Source: an uncultured Alphaproteobacteria bacterium | GTDB lineage: Bacteria; Pseudomonadota; Alphaproteobacteria; Sphingomonadales; Sphingomonadaceae | Direction: 5' to 3' | Length of the DNA stretch: 64,000 nucleotides | Assembly (NCBI GenBank): GCA_963833685.1 | Contig: CAWHYD010000002.1 | Location: 30,071 to 94,070, forward strand | In this document: positions 33,565 to 44,690 of the stretch, piece by piece | How positions within the stretch are numbered: the stretch's first letter is position 1 | How the letters are laid out: each line of letters opens with the position of its first letter | Made by a program: the position numbers and the translations under genes | The notes under the pieces: generated by a model | Told to the model about the DNA's origin: nothing | The model's input: the letters and a program-made list of their open reading frames with translations, nothing else | Database searches by the model: none

Positions 33565-34428
33565 TCGCTCGCCGACGCCATCAGCGCCGGCGCCGGATCG
33601 AGATCGGCTGACGCATAAATAATGGGCTTCCGGATCCGATAACCGTGGGTCCACGTCGCCCGTCGCGGCAAACGTCAGCACGGGCCGATAATCGGCGATC
33701 GTTTCGCTATCCAGCAACTCGTCGGTGCCATTGTCGAGCACGTACATGTGATCATCGGCGCGGACGACCAGCACGGCATGGTCCGCGCGGCGCACGAGAT
33801 CCTTGACGATCGTCAGATAGAGGTCGCGGTCGGCAATTCCGGCGCGGCGCAGCAGCTGCAGCTTGGCGATGGCATAATCTTCGCAATCGCCGCGGCCGCT
33901 GCGGAGCGTCTCGCTGGCGGCTTCCCACACGTCGGCGCGGCCGAACCGGCGATAGTCATCGGTGAATTGGACGCGGCGGTTCACGTAGCTGTTCACGGCT
34001 TCGAGCTTGTCGCGCGCGGGGAGGTCGGCGATCGAATCGCCGAAGCGTGCCGCCGCGCCGCGCACGGCCGAATGCTCGACCCGCTGCCAACGTGCGTCGA
34101 GCGGGGTATGCCCAACCCGCAGCGCCACCGATCCGAACACGTCGGGACGGCCGCTGGTTACGCCCTCGGCGACGGCCACGGTACGGACGACGGCCGGGAT
34201 CGGACGAGGAATGGAGTAAGCCGCAGGTTGCAACGCACGCGCGGCGGCGCGGGGAGAACCCTGCTGGTTGAGGATCGCTTCAAGCGCGCTGGGCGCGCCG
34301 AGAATGGCGTCGCTCTTCGACCAGCCGAATGATCCGCCCGCGGCCGCATGTGCCGGGGCCGGCAGGACCGCAATGCTCAGCGCTGCCGAGATACCGAAAA
34401 TTGCGTTGGATGAGACGCGGTTGGCCAT
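33510..34428 (-). CDS. Transglutaminase-like cysteine peptidase (BTLCP/C93, LapG homologue), intact triad; indel near 33655
   Basis: Signal peptide; VNSYVN, DVW..ASETL, GDCEDYAIAK (Cys), DHAVLVV (His), VLDN (Asp). Confidence 0.88.
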
Positions 34429-34522
34429 GACCACGCGTCTCGCACAGCGAGGAAAAGCAACCCTTGAGGCTTATGGTTATCGCCGCGTTTACCAGTTGGC
34501 CGCGGGCGGCCGCAATTCCCCT

Positions 34523-35065
34523 CTAAAGACGATTGGCCAGCGCCAGATGCGCGCGAATTGCTTGCGCCGCAGCGGCTGCAACCGGCTTCAAAGTGGGGCT
34601 TTTCCCGCGCGCGGCATAATTGGCGTGCAGCGTAAGCGCCTGCTGGTGAATGGCCTGCTGTTGTCGCCGATAGGTCCCATCGAAATCGCTTGTCGCCTGC
34701 AATTGATTGAGCATCGCCTGGTGCTCGGGCAGCAGGGTCGCCGACGGCAGCAGGTTCAGGCGGCGCCCGGCCAGCGACAGCTGTGCGCCCAGACCTTCAT
34801 GCGACCTGACTTCGGAACGGGCGAAATCCCGCACGCGCGGCGATGTCGAGCGCTGCAATGCAAGCTTGGACGAGCCGATAACGAACAGGTCGATCGATGC
34901 CGCGCGAGTCACATAAGTCGAGGCTAACATCGCGTTGGCTGCTGGGCGCGGTGCCGACCATTCGGCGCGGGGCGCGGGCGCGCGCGGCTGCTCTCCACCG
35001 GCGCATGAGCTGGCGCCGATTAGAAGCGTGATCGCGCACGCAATCTTGAGTTGCGACATGGCCAT
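34523..35065 (-). CDS. DUF4142 domain lipoprotein
   Basis: Lipobox ASSC; YVTRAASIDLF.I.SSKLALQRS...VRDFA, FDGTYRRQQ..IHQQAL.LH..YA..G, HL..A. Confidence 0.75.
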   Translation of the reverse strand: MAMSQLKIACAITLLIGASSCAGGEQPRAPAPRAEWSAPRPAANAMLASTYVTRAASIDLFVIGSSKLALQRSTSPRVRDFARSEVRSHEGLGAQLSLAGRRLNLLPSATLLPEHQAMLNQLQATSDFDGTYRRQQQAIHQQALTLHANYAARGKSPTLKPVAAAAAQAIRAHLALANRL

Positions 35066-35125
35066 TTCCCCCACCGTGACGGCCGCGTTTAACACGCCGT
35101 TGCGGATGGAGCGATTCCCGGGGTC

Positions 35126-35803
35126 TTAGTGGTGCGCGTGCAAGGACCTTGGCGCGGCAGCCGCGGTGGCGATGGCCGGTGCGTGGACCCAGGTGCCGTA
35201 ATAACCAAAGCTGATCACGGGCCGGAATTCGAACCGCCGCGCATCCACCAGGAAGGGCGATCCGCCAGTGTCGTCGAGGACGTAATATTGACCGTCGACG
35301 CGAACGATGAGAACGGTCAATGGCCCGCCGACCCGGTCAGTCGCCAAGGTCAGGAACAGGTCCGAATTGCTGAATCCCAGGGCCCGCAGCGCCTGGAGCT
35401 TGACGATGGCGCGATCTTCCATGTCGCCGACGCCGCGCGCCAGCGTCTGTGCCGCGCTCGCCCAATAATCGTGCCGGCCCCACTGCGTTGCATCCGAACC
35501 CCATTGAATGGTGCTGCTGACCGCGCGCTGCACGAACGCCATCTGCTGCAGCGGCGGCAATGACCGCGCCGGGGCGACGAGCCGCGCCATCGCCGGGACA
35601 TGGGTGGCATCCTCGCGCGCCCGGCTGAGACTGTCGCTGAATCGGCCGGCGCTGATCGGCACCGCGGCGGTCCCCAGGATGTCGGGGGCAAGCCCGCCGA
35701 TGACCATGTGCGCCGTCGGCGTGGCGGCCTCGGCGGCAGCAGCCGGAGCGGCCCAGGCCGCAACCATTCCCGCTGCAAAAGCAGCACAAATTCCGCCGCG
35801 CAT
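35126..35803 (-). CDS. LapG/BTLCP paralogue lacking the catalytic Cys and His (pseudo-protease)
   Basis: Signal peptide (AAAEA); WGRHDYWASAAQTLARGVGDMEDRAIVK (C to M), GGPLTVLIV in place of DHAVLVV, YVLDD, FRPVISF. Confidence 0.8.
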   Translation of the reverse strand: MRGGICAAFAAGMVAAWAAPAAAAEAATPTAHMVIGGLAPDILGTAAVPISAGRFSDSLSRAREDATHVPAMARLVAPARSLPPLQQMAFVQRAVSSTIQWGSDATQWGRHDYWASAAQTLARGVGDMEDRAIVKLQALRALGFSNSDLFLTLATDRVGGPLTVLIVRVDGQYYVLDDTGGSPFLVDARRFEFRPVISFGYYGTWVHAPAIATAAAAPRSLHAHH

Positions 35804-35985
35804 GATGCACCCTCCCCTGTTGGCCGGGAAGGAATCACGAGTGCAAGGCTATGGGAATTCAGCGGTAAACGCGGATTCAACCGTCAACGACGAAATGTTA
35901 CGGAAGCGCGACGAACCGGTGCATGCTGCCTGAAATCCTTGTCCCTGTTAAACGCCCAACCCCCGTTACGCAGAAGGCTCGACCG

Positions 35986-36814
35986 ATGCTCAGTGCCATC
36001 CTCGCGCTTGCCGCCCAATCCACCTTCACGGTCACCAACGCGACTTACGCGGGCCCGGTCAGGCGTCCGGCGGGCGCGCGAATGGTGTGGAGCGACGAGT
36101 TCAACGGCCGTACGCTCGACCTTCGCAAATGGCGCTACGAAACCGCCTTCAACAAGAAGGGATGGTTCAACAAGGAGCTGCAATATTATTCCGCCGGCTG
36201 GCCCGGGAACCTGCGTCTTCGGAACGGCCGGCCTGATCATCGAAGCGCGGCGCGAGACGCCATCCAGAGCGCGCGACTGGGGCGGGCAGCATTACACCTC
36301 GGGCCGGATCGTCTCGAAGGGGCCAGGCTGGACCTATGGCTTCTACGAAGTGCGCGCCAAACTGCCCTGCGCGCGCGGCACCTGGCCGGCGATCTGGATG
36401 CTTCCGGTCGCCATGAAGAAATGGCCCGACGACGGCGAGATCGACATCATGGAGCAGGTCGGCGTCCGAGCCGAACCTCATCTACGCCTCGCTCCACACC
36501 GGCCTGTTCAACCATGTGCTGAAGACGCAGCGCAGCGCGCAGCGGCTGGTCCCGACCAGCTGCCAGGCGTTCCACCGCTATCAGCTCGACTGGCGGCCGG
36601 ATGTCGATCGTCATCGGCGTCGACGACATCGGCATTCTTCGCGTTCGCAACGACCAGCCGGGCGGGAAGGGGGCCTGGCCGTTCTTCACGCCGTTCAACC
36701 TGATCCTCAATCTCGCTATGGGCGGCGACTGGGCGGGCGCCAAGGGCATGGACGACGCCGCCCTGCCGCAGCGGATGGAGGTGCGATTACGTGCGAGTGT
36801 GGCAAGGGCGCTGA
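35986..36814 (+). CDS. Glycoside hydrolase family 16 (laminarinase-like), several indels
   Basis: VWSDEFNG, NKELQYY, YTSGRI, GTWPAIWML, GEIDIME catalytic motif, LILNLAMGGDW, DYVRVWQ. Confidence 0.88.
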
Positions 36815-36820
36815 GCGCGC

Positions 36821-36894
36821 TGGAGGCCCGAGCCGGAATCGAACCGGCGTGCAAGGATTTGCAGTCCTCTGCGTAACCACTCCGCCATCGGGCC
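36821..36894 (-). tRNA. tRNA-Cys (GCA)
   Basis: GGCCCGATGGCGGAGTGGTTACGCAGAGGACTGCAAATCCTTGCACGCCGGTTCGATTCCGGCTCGGGCCTCCA: cloverleaf, anticodon GCA, T-loop GTTCGATT, CCA end. Confidence 0.96.
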
Positions 36895-37075
36895 TCGGAG
36901 CGAAGCCGCCGCCTTGCCGCGAGCGTGGCGGGCCCGTCAACCCCGGCCGATCAGCGGTGGTTCACCTTTATCGCGCCACAGCCGCCGGTCTTTCGATGAA
37001 TGGCGGTTGGCGCGCACTGCCGCGGTCGATATGAGCAACCTTGTATTCTAGGTGTATTAGCGGCATATCACAGCC

Positions 37076-37726
37076 ATGACTCTCCAGACTCCTATTCCGG
37101 ACTTCGCCGCCGCGCGGAACGCGATGGTCGAGAGCCAGTTGCGCCCGCAGGGCGTGACCGACGCCGCAGTGTTGCGGGCGATGGGCACGGTGGAGCGGGA
37201 GCGCTTCGTTCCGGCAGCCAGCAAGCCGCTGGCCTATGTCGACCGCGCGGTTGTGCTTGGCGATGGTCGGTTCCTGACTGCGCCGGCGATGCTCGGCCAG
37301 CTCCTGACCCAGATGAAGCCGGAGGCCGGTCAGCGGGCGCTCGTGATCGGCGCGGGCACCGGCTATTCCGCCGCGATCCTGGCCGCGATGGGCCTCGATG
37401 TCGTCGCGCTCGAGAGCGATGGCGACTTCGCCGCACGGGCCCGCGCATCCGGCGTTAACATCGTCGAGGGTCCGCTCGAGAAGGGCTGGACCAAGGGCGC
37501 GCCTTACGACCAGATTCTCATCGACGGCGCGGTTGGCAATCTTCCCGATGCCATCGTCGATCAGCTCGCCGACGGTGGGCGCCTTGGCGCGGCTTTGTTG
37601 AGCGGCTCTGTTCCGCGCCTCATCGTCGGGCGCAAGGCCGGCACGGCGTTCGGCTATCTTTCCATTGGCGACTTCGGCGCCCCGGTCCTGCCGGGCTTCG
37701 ATCGTCCGCGTTCATTCACATTCTAA
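37076..37726 (+). CDS. pcm: Protein-L-isoaspartate O-methyltransferase family
   Basis: ARNAMVESQLRP, RERFVP, IGAGTGY, APYDQILIDG, QLADGGRL; upstream of tolC as usual in Alphaproteobacteria. Confidence 0.85.
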   Translation: MTLQTPIPDFAAARNAMVESQLRPQGVTDAAVLRAMGTVERERFVPAASKPLAYVDRAVVLGDGRFLTAPAMLGQLLTQMKPEAGQRALVIGAGTGYSAAILAAMGLDVVALESDGDFAARARASGVNIVEGPLEKGWTKGAPYDQILIDGAVGNLPDAIVDQLADGGRLGAALLSGSVPRLIVGRKAGTAFGYLSIGDFGAPVLPGFDRPRSFTF

Positions 37727-37740
37727 AGGGGCGGGGCAGA

Positions 37741-39261
37741 GTGCATCGCAAGCTTCTCACCGGGACGTTGATTGCGTTCCTCATGGCCGGAACGGCAAAC
37801 GCCGACACGCTGCGCGATGCGCTGGTGTCGGCCTATCAGGCCAATCCCACGCTCACCGCGCAGCGCGAGGCGCTCAAGGCCACCGACGCCAACGTCGCGA
37901 TTGCCCGGGCCGCCGGCCGTCCACAGGTAACCGGCACCGTCGGGCTCAATCGCAACCTGACGCGCAGTGGTGTCATCGCCCAGACCCAGGGCACCGACCA
38001 CAACATCAGCTTGAGCGGAGGACTCGACCTCAGCCTCCCTTTATTCACCGGCGGCCGGGTCTCGAACTCGATCAAGGCCGCCAAGATCGCGGGTCGAGGC
38101 GGGCCGCGCCACGCTGCGCGCCGTCGAAGGCGACGTCTTCACCCAGGCGGTGGCGGTCTACATGGACGTGATCCGCGACCGCTCGATCGTCGAGCTCAAC
38201 TCCAACAACGTCAAAGTGCTCGAAACCAACCTCGAAGCGACCCAGGACCGCTTCAAGATCGGCGATCTGACCCGCACCGACGTCGCGCAGTCGGAAGCTC
38301 GGCTTCAGCTCGGCCGCTCGCAGCTTGCCGTCTCGCAGGGAAATGAAATCGCCAGCGAAGCGACCTATCGCCAGGTGGTCGGCCACAATCCGGGCGTTCT
38401 CGCCCCGCCGCCGCCATTGCCGCCGCTGCCCGCGACCCCCGACGAAGCGGTGCGCATCGCGCTTGACCGACAACCCAGACCTGTTGGCCGTCGTGCGCTC
38501 GGCGCGCGCCGCCGGCTATGACGTCGGCGTCGCCCGGGCCGGGCCGGCTGCCGACCCTGTCGGGCGTCGCTTCGGCCGATTATCTCAATCAGATCACGGG
38601 CGGCACCAACGGCCTCGACCGCGCCGGCACCGCGACCGCGATCGGCGTATCGGGCTCGATCCCGATCTTCCAGGGCGGCCTGACCTCGGCCCGCATTCGC
38701 CAGGCGCAGGCGCTCGAAGGACAATTGGGCGAGCAGGTCGTCGGCACCGAGCGCGCGGTGGTCCAGGCGACCCGCGCCGCCTTCGCCAATTACGACGCCG
38801 CGCAAAAGGCGATCCAGTCGCAGACCGTCGCTGTCCAGGCCAACGAACTGGCGCTGGAAGGCGCGCGCGCCGAGCAGAGCGTCGGCACCCGCACCGTCCT
38901 CGACGTGCTCAATGCCGAGCAGGAACTGCTCCAGTCGCAGGTCGCCTTGGTCAGCGCCAAGCGCGATGCCTATGTCGCCGGCTTCCAGCTGCTGAACGCG
39001 ATGGGCCAGGCCGAGGCGCAGGACCTCGGGCTGGACGGCGGGCCGCTTTACGATCCGCTCGGCGAATTACCGCCGCGTCGCCGGGTTCGTGGAACGACTG
39101 GGCGAGCGACCCGCGCCATCCGGTGGCGGCCAGCCGCACGGTCGACCCGAGCGAGCTTCCGCCGGCGCCGATCGTCGCGACCCCGGCCGCGGTCGGCCGG
39201 GCACGGCGCTCCGCGACCGGCTCGATGCCCGTCGACGGGCGTGACTCCGCCGGCGCAATAA
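37741..39261 (+). CDS. tolC: TolC family outer membrane protein (housekeeping), several indels
   Basis: ADTLRDALVSAYQANPTL, DRFKIGDLTRTDVAQSEAR, VGTRTVLDVLNAEQEL. Confidence 0.88.
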
Positions 39262-39275
39262 GCGATAGCGCGCCG

Positions 39276-39713
39276 ATGCAGTCCGCAGGCCGCGAACCGT
39301 CGATGGAAGACATCCTCGCGTCGATCAAGAAAGTGATCGCCGAGGAGAAGGAGCTGCGCGGCGGCGTCTCGCGTCGCCCCAGGTCGCCGACGACATGCCG
39401 CTTCCCGAAGAACAAGCCGCGCCGGAGCCCCGACGACGATGTGCTCGAGCTGGTCGAAACGCTCGCTCCGCCCGCCGATCTCGGCCCGCCGCTGGTGGAC
39501 GAAGAGGTCGCCGGCCACAGCCGCCAATCGCTCGAGCAGCTGCAGACCGTTGCCGCCTCGATCCCGGCCGCCCCGCCGGTCAATCCGCTCGAGGACATGG
39601 TCCGCGAGATGCTTCGGCCGATCCTCAAGCAATGGCTCGACGATCATCTGCCGGCGATGGTCGACGAGCATGTGAAGCGCGAAATCACCCGCATCACGGG
39701 TCGCCCACTCTAG
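39276..39713 (+). CDS. popZ: Polar organizing protein PopZ (DUF2497)
   Basis: EPSMEDILASIKKVIAEE N-terminal helix; LEDMVREMLRPILKQWLDDHLP..V..EITRI C-terminus. Confidence 0.92.
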   Translation: MQSAGREPSMEDILASIKKVIAEEKELRGGVSRRPRSPTTCRFPKNKPRRSPDDDVLELVETLAPPADLGPPLVDEEVAGHSRQSLEQLQTVAASIPAAPPVNPLEDMVREMLRPILKQWLDDHLPAMVDEHVKREITRITGRPL

Positions 39714-39751
39714 CGCTTTTCGCCACCCCGCGGCTTTGCTACGCCTGCGGC

Positions 39752-41878
<2,127 letters not shown>

Positions 41879-41887
41879 CCGCGCCGC

Positions 41888-44590
41888 ATGACCGAGCTTC
41901 CCAAGACCTTCGAACCCCGCGCCGATCGAGGCGCGCTGGTACGCCCATTGGGAAGGCGAGGGGCTGTTCCGCCCCGACGCGCGACGACGCGACGCCGTTC
42001 ACCATCGTCATGCCGCCGCCCAACGTCACCGGCGCCTGCACATCGGCCACGCGCTCGACAACACGCTGCAGGACATCCTCATCCGCCACGCGCGGATGCA
42101 GGGCAAGGACGCCCTGTGGGTGGTCGGCACCGACCATGCCGGGATCGCGACCCAGATGGTGGTCGAGCGCAACCTCGAAAGCCAGGGCGTACAAGCGCGC
42201 CGACATCGGCCGCGAGGCCTTCCTCGAGCACGTGTGGGAATGGAAGGCGCAATCGGGCGGCGCCGATCACCCGCCAGCTGCGCCGCCTCGGCGCCAGCTG
42301 CGACTGGGCGAACGAGCGCTTCACCATGGACGAGGGCTTCTCGAAGGCCGTCACCCACGTGTTCGTCGAGCTGCACAAGCGCGGGCTGCTCTATCGCGAC
42401 AAGCGCCTCGTCAATTGGGACCCCAAGTTCCAGACCGCGATCTCCGACCTCGAGGTCGAGACCCGCGACGTCCAGGGCAAGTTCTGGACCCTGCGCTATC
42501 CGCTCGCCGACGGTAGCGGCGCGATCGAGGTCGCGACGACGCGGCCCGAAACGATGCTCGCCGACATGGCGGTCGCGGTCCATCCCGACGACGAGCGCTA
42601 CGCGGCGCTGGTCGGCAAGCAGATCAAGCATCCGATCACCGGCCGCCTGATCCCGATCATCGCCGACGAGCATGCCGATCCCGAGCTTGGCACCGGCGCG
42701 GTCAAGATCACGCCGGGCCACGACTTCAACGATTATGAGGTCGGCAAGCGCGCCGGGTTCAAGCCCGGCGACATGCTCAACATGCTCGATGCGCACGGCG
42801 CAGGTCGTCCAGACGCAGGACGGCCTGATCCCCGACGACTTGATCGGCCTCGACCGCTTCGACGCGCGCAAGGCGGTGGTCGACATTGCTCGAAGCCGAA
42901 GGCGCGCTGGTCAAGGTCGAGGACCGCATCATCGCCACGCCCTACGGCGACCGCTCGGGCGTGGTGATCGAGCCGTGGCTGACCGACCAATGGTATGTCG
43001 ACGCCGCGACGCTCGCCGCAGCCGGTGATCGAGGCGGACACGCTCGGGCGAGATCAAGATCGTCCCCGAAACCTGGTCGAAGACCTGGTTCAACTGGCTC
43101 GAGAATATCCAGCCGTGGTGCGTCTCGCGCCAATTGTGGTGGGGCCACCGCATCCCGGCCTGGTTCGACGCGGACGGCAATGTTTTCGTCGCCGAAACCG
43201 TTGAGGAAGCGCAAGCAGCAAGCCGGCGACTGGCGTTGCGCTGCGCCAGGACGAGGACGTGCTCGACACCTGGTTCTCGTCCGCGCTGTGGCCGTTCGCG
43301 ACGCTCGGCTGGCCCGAGCAGACCGAGGACCTCAAGCGCCATTACCCCAACGACGTGCTCATTTCCGGCTTCGACATCCTGTTCTTCTGGGACGCGCGCA
43401 TGGCGATGCAGGGCATCGAGTTCATGGGCGAGGCGCCGTGGAAGACGCTCTACCTCCACGGCCTCGTCCGCGACGCGCACGGGCAGAAAATGTCCAAGTC
43501 GAAGGGCAATACGGTCGACCCGCTCGGCCTGATCGACAAATATGGCGCCGACGCCCTGCGCTTCACCCTGGCGGCGATGGAAAGCCAGGGCCGCGACATC
43601 AAGCTCGATGAGAAGCGCGTCGAGGGCTACCGCAACTTCGCGACCAAGCTGTGGAACGCCGCGCGCTTCCTGCAGAGGCAATGGCGTCGGCGCCAGCGAC
43701 AGCATCGCCGCGCCGGAGGCCACGCTGCCGGTCAACCGCTGGATCATCGGCGAGGTCGTCGAGACGCTCGGCCAAGCTCAACCGCGCCTTCGACGAGCTG
43801 CGCTTCGACGACATGGCCGACGCCATCTACCACTTCATCTGGGGCACCTTCTGCGACTGGTATGTCGAGCTGGTGAAGGGCGCGTTCGACGACGAGACGC
43901 AAGCGCGTCGCCGCCTGGGCGTTCGACCAGATCCTGGTCATGCTCCACCCGTTCATGCCGTTCATCACCGAAGAGCTGTGGCACGCGATGGGCGAGCGGC
44001 CCTACGAGCTGATCGTCGCCAAATGGCCGGAGCCGGAGGCGCAGGTGGACTCGTATGCCAAGGCGGAGATGGAATGGGTCGTCGGCTTTATTGATCAAGT
44101 TCGCAGCGCGCGCGCGGAATTGGGGATCGCGACTGCAAAGCTCACTTTGCGGATCACTGAAATGACCCAGCCATCATTTGAAGCATTCTTCGGGAATGAA
44201 GAATCGATCCGTCGTCTCGCGCGCATCGACAGAATCTTCCTGCACTCAATCAATCGCTCTCGCATTACTGCGGACCCGATCGGTGCTGCGGTTGATAGAT
44301 ATTGGACGGATTTTGAGATCGTAGAAACCGGGGTGATCCAGCTACCGTTACCGGAAATGCAGGCTTACTTGGATTTGCCGGAAGGCTTTGATCTCGAGGC
44401 CGAGAAGTCGCGCCTCGATAAGGCCGCCACCGCCGCCGAAAAAGAGCGCGACAGCTTCGCGCAGCGTCTCGCCAACCCCAATTTCACCGAGCGCGCCAAG
44501 CCCGAAGCAGTGGAAAAAGCCCGTGGAGACCACGACGCCAAAGCCGCCGAAGCCGACCGCCTCCGCGCCGCCCTGGATCGCCTTGGCTAG
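41888..44590 (+). CDS. valS: Valine--tRNA ligase (many indels)
   Basis: [57 protein letters not shown]-terminal coiled coil. Confidence 0.95.
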
Positions 44591-44604
44591 CCGGTTTGCA
44601 CTGC

Positions 44605-44689
44605 CGTCACCCTGAACTTGGTTCAGGGTCCATTTCCGAGACCGCGCCAGCTTCGCCGCAATGGATGCTGAAACAAGTTCAGCATGACG
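44605..44689. repeat. CGTC-tagged palindromic repeat dimer (second family)
   Basis: CGTCACCCTGAACTTGGTTCAGGGTCC ... GGATGCTGAAACAAGTTCAGCATGACG between convergent valS and purL. Confidence 0.82.
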
Positions 44690-44690
44690 A

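Noticed and set aside
17600-36894. Genomic island integrated at the tRNA-Cys 3' end
   Set aside because: No integrase or transposase, no duplicated tRNA 3' end found by eye at the far border, and codon usage is host-like.
44080-44400. Diversity-generating retroelement target or intein explaining the valS variable patch
   Set aside because: No reverse transcriptase, template repeat or intein splice motifs in the window.
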